Shown in pieces: positions 46,868 to 61,117 of a stretch of 63,374 nucleotides of DNA. The notes below the pieces were generated by a model. The model was not told the origin of the DNA. It did no database searches and saw only the letters and a program-made list of their open reading frames with translations. Origin of the DNA: Peribolospora baueri (taxonomy: Eukaryota). The stretch is from contig JAMDHS010000110.1 in the NCBI GenBank assembly GCA_029717555.1, positions 1 to 63,374 of the forward strand, in the 5' to 3' direction. The first letter of the stretch is position 1, and the number at the start of each line of letters is the position of its first letter. A program made the translations under genes and the position numbers.

Positions 46868-49408
46868 CTACTTCTGCCCGTCCATGAACACCCGCGACAG
46901 CGGCCGAGCCGTGAGCGCAGCAGTTCGACCGCGACGAAGGCTCGCACGACCGTGTCCTTGACGGAGGTCCTTGATCGCTTCCTCAAAGTCGCCACGACCG
47001 ATCGAACGCCGGCTGCTGCTCTCCAAGCCCGCACGCGCACCTGCACCACGGATCGTGCCCGCCCGGATCGTACTCCTACTACTGCCGCCAACCGAGAGAG
47101 ACGAAGCTCGCTCGTCCGTCGGCGTCCGACCCTCGTCTCCCGCCAGCAGCTCTTCCATCGTCGGCTCTGTGTCAGACCTGCCTGGCACCGCTTCGCCAGC
47201 CGGACGCGCCGTCCCCTTCCCCTCGCCCTTTGCTTTCGCTTTCGCCACCTCCATTTCTGCTTTCCGATCTGCTTCGAGCACCTCTGCCTCCGCGCGCTGA
47301 CGATAGATAGATGGATAGATAGATAAACAGATAAACAACGGCACAGCTCTTTCACCGCTTCCCACGTCGACACTCACCATCAAGCTCTGCGCAAAGCTGC
47401 CGATAAGACCAAAAAAGTCCTCTGCCTTGGTCTGACCCGGATCTTGGCCGTAGTACAACAGCAGACTGCGCAGGTCCGCTTGGATTTGCGTCCCCATCGC
47501 CCGCAGAGCGTCGATGGCCGGCGTAGCCTTTTTCACAAACGACTGCGCCGACGGACGGACGGAAATCAACATTTCCTTCCCACCCTACCCCACGCCTCCT
47601 TGACGTCGTGACGTACCTCCATCACCGGTAGGAACCGATCGCCGGCAGGCGAGATCCGAATTCTCTTCAGCACCCTCATCTCCTCTCGGATCCCGTCCAG
47701 GCCCGACACCAACGAGTTGACCGATGCCATGATGGCCGTTGTGGAGACTGGTACAATCGCGGACACAATGTTGGTCAGTGAGCGCACGAGAGGAGGAGGA
47801 GGACGACGACGACAACGATGACGTACTCCGAGCGGCCGCCTCCACGTGAGGACAGTTGTCCAAAAAGCCAACGAGCGACTTGTCGCTCCGGTTCAGCAGT
47901 CGGACCAAGTAGTGGAGCAGCGTGGGTGTGCCCGACGACACCTTCGCCGCCTTGGTCTCCCTAATTTTCAACAGGTCCTCGAGCTGGAAGCCGCTGGCTC
48001 CGCCTCGGAACGTCGACGCGTTCAGGACGTTGCCGACGACGAGGACGAACTGAAGGAAGAATTAACCGTCGATAAGTTTTCGATAAGTTTTCAACGTTCA
48101 CCTTCTCCGAACCCGCGCGCCCCGACGCACCCGCAGGATCGTCTTGAATTCGCTCGACTTTTGCATCTCGTCCACCGCCTTGCGCAGGATCTGCAGCTCC
48201 GGCTTGAGCTCTTCGACGTCCATCTCAAAGTGTCGACGGTAGATCATGCACGTCATCCTCTCGTTCATCCGCGGAATGCCGAGGATCTAAATGCGAACCC
48301 CCCCCCTTTTTTCGTTAGCCTAAATCCGTCCCGTCCACAGGCAGCCGTCTCTCACCTCCTTGAAATACTGATCCGCCTTGGCCAGCGACGCCACATCCCC
48401 GTCGTAGTCCCGAATAAGCTCCATCTCATCCGTCGTCGGCAGGTATTGCTTCAACGCCTTCAAGTTGTCTTCCGACAGTTTCACATCGTCCATCTCCAAC
48501 AACGCCGCCCTGATCTGTGGGTACGATAGTCGGATGCGAGAAAGCATGATCGCAATGTTGTTCGCTCGAGTCAGGTTTAGCAGCGTCGTCACGTTCGCTC
48601 GCTTTGACGTCGTCGGCGACACAATCTCTTTCGGGGTCGCGTTGCTGACGGCAAAAAAGTCGTCCAGGTCGTCCAGCGAAACTGGTTGTGCCGATGCGGG
48701 CAAATCCGTCCATACCGTGTTGGCGAGGCTACCTGGCATGATCTTGCTCCAAAAGAAGGGCTATTTTCCATCCGTTCGATCAGACCCACGCTGTCCGTCG
48801 TGTCGAACACAGACGGTAAACCCAGACAGACCGGCGCTCACCTTTCTCTTCTTCCTCGGCATCGTCGGAATAATCATCTGCGGCAAGGCCCCGGGTGGAG
48901 GAGGCGGCGGTGGCGGCCCAAAGGAAAGGCCCGCTGCAGGCGGCGGAGGAGGCGGGGGAGGCGGAACACCTACGTCCGGCACGGGAGGCGGAGGAGGCGG
49001 AGGAGGCGGAGGAGGTGCAGTTGACGATGGTGAGGACGATATAATGTTTTCTCTCGCCGGCGCCGCCAAAGGCAATGAAGAAGGCGGCGGCGGCGGCGGC
49101 GGCGGCGGCGGGGGAGGAGGCGGGGGAGGAGGCGGGGACGACGAGAACGAAGTGGCCGCTGCCTCCTTGATCGTGGGATGGTGCAGCGTTGGTGGGAGTG
49201 GAGGTGGCGGCGGTGGAGCAGGAGCAAGTGGTACTGGCGAAACGTGGCCGGCAGCTGCATTGCACGAATCTTCGGCCACGACGTCGTTCTCTGCTGATCC
49301 TGGTCGCTTTTGGGCTGTGCGTGCCGCCTCTCGGGAATCGCTCTCTCCCAGAGTCGCTTGCTGAGAAGTAAGTGGGGACGCAGCAGCCGAGGAGCGGGAG
49401 CTGCGTTT

Positions 49409-49441
<33 letters not shown>

Positions 49442-52400
49442 AGGAGGAGGTTTACGCGCCTTAAAGTCCATCTCCGTCATGACTCTCGCCTTGGAGAGAT
49501 CGTTGGAACTCGGCGACGATTGTCTGGCCATCAACAACAGCTGATCCTGCAGTCTGGCGACGTTGGCCCTCAAACTGGCGATCTCCTCGTCCTTCTTTGT
49601 CAAGGTCTCGATCGCTTGAGATGCCATGACATCGGCATCTACTTCTGGCATGCGAGGGGCGTCCACGGGTGATGGGCTGCCCTTGTCGGCGCCGACACTC
49701 TGCGCGGCGGTGAGACTGGTTTGGAAACGGCCGTAGACTGCCTCGAGCGCCCTCTTGAGGTATTTGATCTCCTTGTCCCTCGTTTCTAGGATCGTCTCCA
49801 GGTCCGCGATGTTCGCCTTGTGCCGAGATATCTCCTCCATGAGGTTAGTCCACTGCCGATTCCGCTCGACGCGATCCCTCTTCGAACGTTCCTCGTCGTC
49901 GCCGCGATCCCGAGACTGAGCGGAGAGACGGTCTACCTCGGCCTGTAGCTGCAGAACTTGCTTCTCCTTCTGGACCAGGCGCTGAATGACGCCCGCAAAA
50001 TTCTCTCGATCGCCCTTGCGGAATGAGCCCTTGTCGTGGGAAGGAAGCGGGCGCGTGCTAGGGAGACTACGAAGCGTATTCATCTCGGCCATCTGACCGT
50101 TGAGCTCAGCCTTGAGAGACGTGCGCTCGTCGCTCAATTCTTCGACCTTCTGGCGCAGCGTCTCGATCTCTTCGACAAACGCGCTAGGCACCGTGCTGGT
50201 TTCGCCCACCCTGCTAGCCTTGATCATCGCTTGCTGCCCAACTATGTGCTGGACGGAGGCGAGGTACTGTCGCATAAAGGTCCGCCAACCCTCGTCAAAG
50301 TCCTCGACGTGGATGGCATGTTCGACAAACTTGTCCAGCACCGTCAAGAGATCGGCTTTCAATTGACTGTCAGGAGCAAGCATGGCGAGATTAGACGAGT
50401 GTTTTTGAGACGTTCGCAAAGGTCAGTCTACTCACTCGTCCACGTTCTTCTCCAGGATCTGCACATATCGCTTGACCGTCTCGACGAGCACGGGGTAGAG
50501 CTCGCGATGCTGCTGAGCCAATCTCACCAGCTCGGAGAGACTAATGTCCGATTCATCTTCACGCATGTGCCCTATCGTACGCTCGTGCAGCTCGTCTTGG
50601 TCCTCTTGCTTGTCCTCGGTGTAGACCTTGACCTGGTTAAGCAGCGACTCTGGCGGGTTCAGGTATCGCAAGCTCTGCGAAAGGTCAAGGCGGCAGGTAG
50701 CCAGGCGATCGTCAGCAGTCTTGTAAAAAGGCGTGGCGCAAGCCAAAGAAGCAGGGTTCGCGTAGCTAACTCACAGCCATGACCTCATTCAACCCTCTCC
50801 TGGTAAACTCGTCGCGCAATGCCAGCCTTTCCTCCAGCTCTTCCGGACTGTTGGTGATCGCGTTGACAAGGACCATGGCGCTCGTCCGGTACTCCCACAA
50901 CGCCGGACCATCTTCCACATCTCCTTCGATCCCGAGACCAGCACCAAAGCCGCCAGCGCCGTCGTGCGACTCAGCGCCTTGGGTGTCCCTCACGCGAATT
51001 GAATCGACGAGAAATTGGAAGCGGAACTTTTCGCCATAGACGACGCGAAAGTCACTGAGGGCGGCGAGCACGAGTCGATGGCCATCCGATAGGGAGAGCA
51101 CACAGAGGGCAGCGAGCATATCGGCGACTTGAGAACGCAGTTTGAGAGAGGGAGTGAAGAGGCAATAAGCGATGTAGACGACCAGGTTGGGAGAAGAGAG
51201 CACGCAGTCGAATCCAAGCTATATGGAGCAGGGGAAATATATGACAAGGTGGGCGAGGACGATGAGCAAAGTTGAGCCTTGTGGCCAATCGCACGGAGTA
51301 GGACTCACTTCCGTGTTCATGATGATGCGTAAGCATTTGACGCATTCGAGCAGCACGGCGTCATCCATCTCTCCGCCGACATCGGTGCCTTCGTGCTGCT
51401 TGGCCCTGCTCGAGGTGATCTTCTCCAAGAGCCCTTCGAGTGCACCGAGGCCGTCGACGTCGTTTAGGAACTCGCGGATCCAAGCCACCTTGGCCGTGGA
51501 TAGGGTGACGCGGAGGGAGAGCATGTGTTTGACAAAATCCCTCGGAGCGAGTTTGCTGAACGGCACAAGGAGGACCATGTCATCCCAGTCCCGGCAATCA
51601 GCCATGAAGCGGTTCGTCGAAAGGGAACGGAGAATGAAAGAAATCACACTACCCACCCGGCCCTGATCGTGTCCGCATAGTACTTTGGCGAATCCTTGCC
51701 CTTCTCAGCCGAGCTCGACCCCCACCAGCTGCTCCACAGACTGCCCCCAGTGCTCTGAGGGGCGAGAGGCTGAGCGTGCGTGCCCGTCTTCTGTGCGACA
51801 AGCGCAGGCAAGGATGTCTGCGTATGCGGGTGAGTAAAAGCGGAAGACATAGACGCGGTCGCCACCTCCCTCGGCGACATGCCGACAGGCTCCGTGTTAG
51901 CATCGACAGGCGGGCCCATGCCCGTGGCTTCGGCCGTCCCAGTCCCGGTCCCGGATCCCGCCGAGTCGTTCGACCCCCAGCTGCTTATGCTCGCGATGCT
52001 AAATCTCTCCTGAAGCTTGCTAAGTGCGCTCTTGCTCACCGTTCCCTCCCCTGCTGGCCCGCCCGTCGACGAGGAGGCTGAGGAGGATGCACGCGATGGG
52101 GAAGCGACGTCGCCCATCAGTTGGGCGACAAGACGTCGTTGGGGCGAGGAGACGGGCGAAAGTGGAGCGCCAGACGCGGACGTGGATGCAGACCTGGTTG
52201 CATGGTGCTGAGCGATGAGGAAGCGCTTGCGGTCGGATGGGAGCGCAACCATGGCCTGGCGTTGAGGACCTCGGATGCCGAGATCGTTCTGGACAGGTGG
52301 GCAGGCAAAAGACAGCAACGGGCGCGTGTATATCGGATCAGCACTCTACCTCCATACATCAGGAATGCATTGGCCACGTCTGACAGAGTCCACAGCACGC

Positions 52401-54550
52401 TCACCATCAACCCTTCAAAATCAGCCTCCAACCTTCCCCTCCTCACCTCAGCCTCGTCTCCCTCCGGCTCTTCGTCTGTCCCTTCGCCTCCCAGGATACC
52501 CAGCACGCTCAAGCCATTCGACTCGCCGTCCTTCACGTCTGCGGCGGACAGGGCTACGGGCCCACTGACGCTGAGCACGCGAGAAACGCGGACATCGGAT
52601 GGCGTATTCGTTGGGGTACTGCGCTGCTGTTCACGTTGCGACGCCGGAGACGTTGTGACGGTAGAGGCGGGGAAAGAACGAACGGCGGAAGACGAGGCTG
52701 ACAGAGCAACGTCGGAGCCGTTGGCGCCACCGTTGCCACCGGATAGCCATCCATCAAAAATGCTGCTCAACCTAGACGTCGCCGGTTTGGTCTTGCTCGC
52801 CACGCCCCCACCTTCTCCTGCCGCCCCAACACCACCGTCGATGCCACCGTCGCCGCCGCTCCCGTCATCCTTCTCGAAGCTCGTTGGCCGCCCCTTGAGC
52901 GTGTCTTCCTCTTTTTCCTCCAGGCTCGCCTCGCTGCCCTGACCCCGCTGGTGGATACCGTGCTCGGACGCCAAAGCGGAGAGCACAGGGTCGCCATCAG
53001 CGCTTTTAGCGGTGGAGTCACTTGGCGGGGAGGAAGCGCTCCAGAACGCGCCGAAAAGGCTGGAGGGCCTTTGCTGAACGTGCGATTGCGATTGTCCAGA
53101 CTCGGATCCCTTGCTCTCAGCAGCATCAGCCTGGCCTCTACCGAGAGCCATGCTAAGCGCGGCGGCCGCCTTGCTCCCCGGTGAGACGGGAGGCGACGAG
53201 GATGGCGAGGCCGAGGACGATACGGCGACGGCGACGGCGCGACGAGCGGGCTTGTGAAGGGCTTTAGAATAGCCTTGAGCGACGGTGCCCAGTCGGGCCA
53301 TCCACTTTGGGGAGATGGTGAAACGGAGGGTGGGGGGTTCGGGAGAATGTCGGTAGGAGGAGAGATAGTGGGCCAATGACATGTTGGTGGGGAGATCTTC
53401 GACGGCTAAGAAGCGGTCGGTCGACGGGGGACGGTTGCAACGTTTGGTCAGCTGTCTTTCAAAAGTTCCCCTTTGTAGAAATTCAATCACGGTCCGGCGC
53501 GCTCACCTAGCTGACCACCCCCTGTGGCACGGACGCTCTGGAGAGCGTACTCGACCCTAGCGCTCTTGGTACCCTGTACTATGATCTTCCGTATCCCGAA
53601 CTCGTCCACGATGGCCTGGATCACATCCCCCACCGAGCGACCCTGTCCGTCGTGAGCGATCTTCGTCTCCTCAGCGGTCGGAGCGGGTATAAACACCCTC
53701 CTCGTCCATCCGTCGGATATCTCGGGGACGCTCCAGAACTGGCATCGGAAGGAGAGGGAGGGGAGGAGAGAGACAAGGCGCAGACGGGGCAGGTGGAGGT
53801 GAGAAGAAAGGACAAAGTCGGAGAATTGCCGAGTCGGCGCAGCGGGCGACCTGGAGGAAGGCAAACGCGGCGGCGGTAGTCGAGAAGATGATGGGAGTGT
53901 GGAAGGGGTGGGCGGAGGAGGTGGAGCGGGTCGAGAAGAGGCGGATAAATAGGAGAAGACGGGGACGTTCAAGGACACGAGACCTGTGCGTGGGGTTGCA
54001 AAGAGGAGGAAAGCCAAAGAATGTGTTTAATCCTCCACGACCCATGTAAGCTATCGTCACGGGCGGCGCTCACCGTCTCCTATCCTCTCCAGCTCGCCCT
54101 CGGCCCACTCCCTGTTGGGTTCGGTGACCACGCGTTCTTGAACCGCCCACCGAGCGTCGCCGACCTCGTTCACCTCTGCTCCGAGCTCTGCGAGCTCCTC
54201 GTCTGAGATCGCCGTCGCGACATGTGCTCTCAAGTCGCCCAAGATGAGAGAGCTGATCGCGCGGTCGCCTGTTTGGACATCTTCGGCTAGGACGGCGCGG
54301 ATGAGGTCGGCTACGGTGGAGGAAGAGGTAGAAGGGAGGGCGACGGAGCTGAGGGTGATTCCATCGGGGAGAATGACTTGTACGATGTCCTGTGCAACAA
54401 CGGCATGGCCATGGTGAGCAGCGCAAGATGGGGTGGGGTGATCGAGCGTCCGGCGCATGGAAAGCAAGTGGTCGAGTTGGGGGTCAGATGTGGTCTGTGC
54501 GGGCGAGCGAGGAAGCGGCGTCGAGAAGGACGTACAGCACTACCGGCCAT
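46868..54550 (-). CDS. Diaphanous-related formin (GBD/FH3, coiled coil, FH1, FH2, DAD); multi-exon
   Basis: LSLRVTLSTAKVAWIREF, ECVKCLR.IMNT, polyproline tracts 48890-49450, PFFWSKI, RANNIAIMLSRI, GNVLNASTFRGGASGF, PTLLHYL, GDFEEAIKDLR. Start MAGSA inferred before an intron. Confidence 0.93.
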
Positions 54551-54654
54551 AGCACTGGCTCTCCGTACCAAAGGCTAGGCAACCCTGGAGCGCCGCGCTC
54601 AAAGAGAGTCAGCAATGTCCAGGGCACCTGCGACCTCCGTCCGACGTTTGGTCG

Positions 54655-55075
54655 TTTGGTCGTTTGCGCGTTTGCTCGTTCGTTCGTTCGTTCGTTCGTT
54701 TGTTCGTTTGTTCGTCCGTTTGTTCGTGCCTCCGTCCGTCCTGTCCTCCGCACGCGAAAGCGGTCGCAAGCTTGGGAGGCACTGGTCGGGCCTGGGGTAT
54801 GGAAGGGTCGAGCGTGAGGTATATCTATCAGTGTTGTTGAGGACGAGGATGGGGCGATGGAGGACGGCTTGGGTCTGCTGCCGCCTGTGCGAGGTCGTTA
54901 ATGCAACCTTAGGGGGAGGGTCCGATCGAGGGAACCCTAACTCGGCCGGTGATCAACGCCGACCACTTCTGGACGACTTGAAACGCCGAACGAGGTCAAC
55001 AAACGAACCAACGAAGCGGCATTCACATTCACATTCTCATTCTCATTCTCGTTCACATTCACATTCACACTCACT
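54655..55075. repeat. (TTCG/TTTG)n and (TCACAT/TCTCAT)n microsatellites in the formin / 5-phosphatase divergent promoter
   Basis: Runs at about 54655-54727 and 55020-55075. Confidence 0.75.
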
Positions 55076-55366
55076 TTCACCTCCTTCTTCCACTTTCCGC
55101 CAGGCGCCGTACCCCGCTCCCTCGGCGCGTGAGGGAGCCGCGAGCAGTGCTTGCCGTCTTAACGTACCCCTCCTCCACCGCCCTCACCGAGCGCCTCTCA
55201 TCCACCACTATATCACAAGCTCCTCCTCCAGCTCGGCCCTGGTGGTCTTCATGCTCTAGTCTCGCCGCCTCTCCACCCGGCCCCCTTCATGTCCCCGCTC
55301 TAATCCTCCTCTCTGCTTCAGCCCGCGCTTCCTATCCTTGACCGCCCTCCCCCTCCGGCTCGAACC

Positions 55367-58300
55367 ATGTCGGCCGCCACGCCCGCCTCGGAGCAGTGCA
55401 CGCTGACACCCAAGGCGATCCGCCTCCCAGACGCCGCCGCAGGCCAGGATCCTCAAAGCCCTCGGATTGCGACGCGCTTGTCTTCCTCCTCTCCTCGCCT
55501 CTCCTCGGGCAGCGGCTCACCCCAAGGTCGACCGAGGCGCGTCAGTCTCAAGGCGGTGGAAAGGGCGGTCGTCAAGGTCCTCAAGGGCCCCATCTCCCCC
55601 ACTAAGGAGGGCAAGCAACGACCGCGGGACAGGTTGGCCATGTCCGAGAAAGACGACGCGGCAGGTCCGCTGGCCGAGCCCACAGGGTTGTACGCGTCCG
55701 AGTCGGGCGGCCAGGACCGACAAGCGCCCGAGCTTCCTCGTCTGGACCAAGGTCACCAACGGGACGGCGCTGCGTCGGAATCGGCCCCTCCAGTCGGCTT
55801 CACGCGGCCACGCTCAGGTTCCTCCTTTCCGTCATCGCCGCCCCAATCACCGTCCAGCGGCTCGGACGTCGTCGACGAGGAACTGCAGCGGACGCTGGAG
55901 GGTTCCCTAGGTTCTCAGTGGTCCGCCTTCGTCCGAGAGAGCAGCTCGCCAAAGGCCGAACGGCCCGAGCCTATCCTCAAGGTACCAAAGGAGCAGGCCG
56001 GCTCCAGCGGGGTCACAGCACAGCCGTCCTCTCCTTCGTCCCCGCCTCGCACGCCCCAAGTCCCGCCGCGCAAGTTGCCTTTCCTATCCTTGTCAGCCGC
56101 CGTCAGGTCTAGCCCAAGCGACGCCGAGACATCCTCCTACGTCGCCCGTCCGCGTGCCACCGACCTTCCGACGACGCCCATCTCCGCTTCAAGGACTATG
56201 GCCTCTTCCCCCACCGCTGTCATCGCCGCCAGACTGCCCGACGAGGTGCTCTCTGGTAATTTTGTCGTGCCTGAGAACAGGGCGTCGAAAGAGGAAAAGA
56301 GACTGTCGCATAACACAGACGTGGACACGGGTAGCCCACAGGCGTCGGCGACATTGGCGGGCTACTCGGCTCGGTCATCCACGTCCAGCCGTAGCCCTCT
56401 CCCTTTGCTTATTTCTCCACCAAGAGACGGACGAGGAGCCGGCGACCGCTCAGCGGGCCGAGAGAAGCTCTTTTCTCGCTTGCAAGTCCTCGGGCAGCGC
56501 ATCGGCGGTCTTGATCTTTGGTCGCGCGGTGGCGGCGGAGGAGGCGGATCGGAGCTAGAAGAGGAGAGCGATGTAGCAGATTCCCATCTCGATGCGCGTC
56601 GTTCACCGTCCATGTCCAACCTCAAGGCAGCCGTCAACGGCGATGGGGGTGCGTGCAAGAACAGCGCCTTGCCTTCGCTGGCCGTCACCGTCCCTCTCGT
56701 ACCAGGTGTCGACCCAAAGTCGCAGCCCGCACCTGATCCTGCGCTCGACTCCCCGCCCGAGCCAGAATCGCCGCGGGAAAGGCCAGCGATCAAGGTGCGC
56801 ATCGTCACATGGAACATGGGGGAGAGAGTCCCCAAGGGCGATCTTTCCGTGCTCCTTGGCGATGCGGGTGTGTACACGCCTCCTGATAGAGACGAGGAGG
56901 AGGAAGACAAGGCTGACGAGGATCGTGCGAATGATGGCGGGCAACGCGGCATGGAAGAAGAGGCCGGTGCTGGCGGAGCGAAACCGATGGCAGACATGGA
57001 TACGGTCGGAGTCAAGACCGTCTTCTCCCCGCCTTGCTCCTCTCCCGAATCACCGTCCTCATCATCATCAAAGTCCCCCGGCGGTGGTGCCAAGGCCAAG
57101 GCCCGGGAAAAGGACAAGGTCAGCAAGGGCCCGGAAGGTTTACCTCTGCTCCCATTGAACGACGACCACCCGTATCATCTGCTCGTCATAGGTGGGCAAG
57201 AGGTGCCCTGGGGCGATGGAGGAAAAGCTGCTACGAGCGTGGGGATGGCGGGCGAGCTTGGTCTTGGGCTAAGGATGAGGAAGGAAAAGAAGGAGAAAAA
57301 GGAAAAGGAGAAGGAAAAGGAAAAGGAAAAGGAGAGAGACACAAAGGGCGTGGATGGAGGTGGGCAGGAGAAAGAGGAGCTAAAGGACGACTTGAACGAG
57401 TCCAAGAAGGCTGACAACGAGAAGGAATCGAGTGGCGACGTCAGCGGCGGTGCGTCGGCGAGCCTGTCGTCCGACGGAGGACCGTTGGCTGCCTCTTCCG
57501 ACGCCGAACAGCAGCAGTCGTCGTCTCCCCCTCTTCCTTCCTCCCCGCTACGTATCTCCAAGCCATCCGACCTCAAGCGTCTCAAAATACCATCGATCCA
57601 GAGGTCCTCGGTGGGGGCATCAGGCCCACCGAACGTCCAGATTCCTCCTCAATCGGCGACGGCGCCCAGTTCACCTCGAACAGCGACCGCTTGGAGCACC
57701 AACGCGTTCGATCGACCCGTCACTCCATCCCCCGGTGTACTCGCCATTGGTCCCCAACCCGAGCCGGGCGGCGGTATGGCAGGCGCGGCCGCTGCCTTAA
57801 GCTTGGGAGGCTGGGCCGCGGGCTTGGCTGGTGGGGGAGTCGGCGTGGGCGGAAAGGGCTGGAGCGAAATGTTGGAGGACTGGTTGAGCAGGGGGCCGAG
57901 AGAGAGAGATGTGGGCGGCGCCGGCGCGGCTGTGAAAGGCAAGGCATCCTTTGACGGACGTTCTGGAGCTAGTCGCGGGCATACGCCCAGTGCGTCGGTA
58001 TCCGGCAGCACCGCGGATCTGACGGAGAGCTTCAGAGCTGGTTCCAAGGAGGCAAGTGACGCGGTGGCAGCAGTTGCAGGCAACAGCGTCAGCGCACCGG
58101 TCACGAGAGCAGGATCGCCTGTCCTGCAGGCGTCGGCGCTTCCTCTGCCTCCTGCTGAGGCCGAACTGGGCTTGTCGGATGCTCCAGCGGGACAAGGTTC
58201 CTCCTCGTTACCTCCGTCCTTGACCGTGACCACCCCTACGCCCTCACATTCCGTGCAGCCCAGCTGGGTCTCTTACTCGGAAACCGCCACAAAAAAGACA

Positions 58301-61117
58301 CGGTCCAAGTTAGGTCAAGGTGGCGGTCAAGCGCTTTCGAAGGCACCGTCCACTTCGAGCTTACTTGCGCCTCCGCCACTCGGCGGCATTGCGAGTTCGC
58401 ACTTGATGGAAAGGCCGCCGTCGCCGAGCGCCGACGACAGCGTCTTTTCCGGCGGGGGAAGCTCACGATCTGCATCCGGAGTGACGACGGACGGCGATGG
58501 CGACGGCGGTGGAGGGGTTTCTGGCATCGTTCCCTCTGCAAGCGCAGGCAGTATGATGACGGCCACGACGGACGAGGTGCCAGTGCTCATCGACGCCCAT
58601 GGCCCTTATGAGCTTCTCGTTAAGGAGAGGATGATGGGATGTTACTTGGCTGTTTATGTCTGGAGAGGATGCAAGGACCATGTGCAAGGTGAGTGTAGAC
58701 GGGCGCTGGACGGTGCCACCTTTGGCTGGTATCCGCGAACGGAACGGGCATTGCTCAATTCAAACACTGCCGTCGATGTGTCTTGTCCGTAGGCTTTTCA
58801 AAAGACCACGTCAAATCGGGCTTGCTCTCCGGACGTGTCGGCAACAAGGGGGCTGTGGGCGTCAGTCTCAAGATGGCCGGGACGAGACTGCTGTTCGTGA
58901 ACGCCCACTTGGCAGGTGAGTCGCGTCGCTTGGCAAACTGAACAGGCTGGTATGCCACCGAATGCTTATAAATCGAGCGCTCCTAATTCGGTCCTTCGGC
59001 AGCCCATGAAGGAAAGGTCGCTCTGCGATTGGCTAACGTGGCCAAGATCAAGAGCGAGCTCCAGGTGGACACTTTCCTCCCGACCGACGACCCTCGTAAC
59101 GCTCTGGAAGACGTGACGGAAAAGTTCGACCACGTCTTCTGGCACGGCGATCTCAACTTTCGGATCGACATCACGAGGCAGCATGCCGACTGGCTCATGA
59201 TGCAGAAGCAATATGCTCAGGCGCTTGAGTTTGATCAGCTCAGGGCGGTGCTGAAGGAGAACGTGGCCTTCCGAGGCTTCACTGAGGCGCCTATAGACTT
59301 TCCACCGACGGTGAGTCGAACACGGCTAGCCCAAGTGGATATGACCAGCGGCTGAATATGTCTTCTGGGTTCGACTGCCGCAGTACAAGTACGACGTGCT
59401 GAAGACGTTGAGGTCAAAGCGGGGCAAGTCTGTCCGGAAGAGCATCCACCTGCGACAAAAGTCGCAGCCCGAGGCAGAAATTGAACTTCTTGCCGATGAC
59501 GCCGAACGGCCACGGGCGGAGGTTGTACCTCCCAAGGAGAGGAGGACGAGTGAAGAGCCGAGCTCGACGACCGACGGGGAAAGCTCGAGCAAGCGTGACC
59601 TCCGATCTTGGACGAGCGACAGGCGGGACGGGGACAGCATGTCACTCTCGTCAGCGCCAGGCTCGATATCTTCCTCTGCCGGGCGCCCCGAGGCTTCGGG
59701 CTCGTTTGAAGCCAACCTGGACGACGCGCCCGTCACGCCTTCGAAAACCGTCTATGACAATAGTGGTGGCTTGTTCTCCAAAGGGTTGCGACTCAAGGCC
59801 AAGGCCAAACTGGTGACCTTTGCAAAATCAAAGGCCCAGTTGGCGTCCGCCCAGTTGGCGTCCCCGGTGTCAAAGAAACTAGGCTCGCTCGCAGACAAGG
59901 CGTCGGCGTCGGCGATGCACCTCGTCCATGGCGGAGAGCCGGCAGTGAACACGCCGAGGCCTTCGTTCAGCCAACCTGTAAACTTCGGTTTTCCGGGCGC
60001 TCCGAAAGACGCCCCTTCTCCCGCTCATCTGCCTCTTGCTCGCTCCCAGTCCGTTATGGGCTTCAGCCCAACGAAGAGCGCCAGCGCCGGAGCGTCCGAT
60101 TCGGCCGGACGGGAGAGCGAGGAGATGCGCGACGAAAGGTCGGAGGAGCAACAGGTGTTCGACACGAGCGCTAAGCAACGGGTGCCAAGCTGGTGCGACC
60201 GAATCCTGTGGCGGAGTACCGTGCCTGTGGAAGATTCAGAGGAGGAAAACGACGGGGACGAGGAAATGGAAATTGCCGGAAGCGCAAGTGGCCCTCGGCG
60301 AGCGGGCAACCAGGCGGTGAGCTACATCCTGCCGAGCGTGAAGGGCAAGAGGGAGCGGCTCGGGGGCGGAGAACGGTCTATTAGCTTCTCTCGCCCGCGG
60401 ACCATGTCTCGCTCTCCGTCCAGACGGAGTCGCAAAGGATCGTCGACGCGCATCGGCAGCGGCGGCTCGAGCCCGACTGCACTCAAGTCTCCGCTTTCGC
60501 GGCTACGAAACAAGAGCCGGGGCAGCTCGGGCTTTCCACGCTCGCTCACCGTCGACATGGCGGCCGCCCGTTCGACCGACTCCTCTGGTGGCTTGGCGAT
60601 GCCCAGGACAGCCACGCTTCCCATCGATCACGGATATGCGCCTTCCACCGGACCGGGCGCAGGATCGGGCAGAGCCCCATTCGGAGGGTTGAGGAGACGA
60701 GCAGCATCGCACAGCGAGCTTCACCGCGCCGACACTCGCGGCAGCGACTCCAAAATGCCGAATGAGACGTCTCTGGACGGCCGTCCGACCATCCGTCCGA
60801 TCACGAACCCTTCGCTACCGACCAGCGCTTCTTCGGCCAACTTGCTTGGGCCGCTGCGTTCGTCCTGGTGGGCGAGCCACCTGCACCTGCCGGCCTTTCT
60901 CACCAACGCTACCGGATTCACCTCCAGCCCTCCCGTGACGCCGACGCCGAGCCAGACGGCTTTGGTCGACGGGCCGCGTGCGCCTCGGGTGATTGGACCG
61001 AAGAAGGGAGAGGTGCAGTGTGTGCTGTACAAGAGCCTCGTGGACAAGGAGATGAGGCAGCTCGAGGCCAGGAGTGATCATCGTCCGGTCATTGGCGTCT
61101 TCCACATCGGCGTCTAG
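55367..61117 (+). CDS. Inositol polyphosphate 5-phosphatase with long low-complexity insertions; 3 introns
   Basis: VRIVTWNM, LLVIGGQE, GNKGAVG, LFVNAHLAAH, FWHGDLNFRI, FPPTYKYD, RVPSWCDRILW, SDHRPV. Confidence 0.93.

Noticed and set aside
54933..54941. aaccctaac telobox-like motif in the formin / phosphatase promoter
   Set aside because: Single short match; cannot be told from chance.
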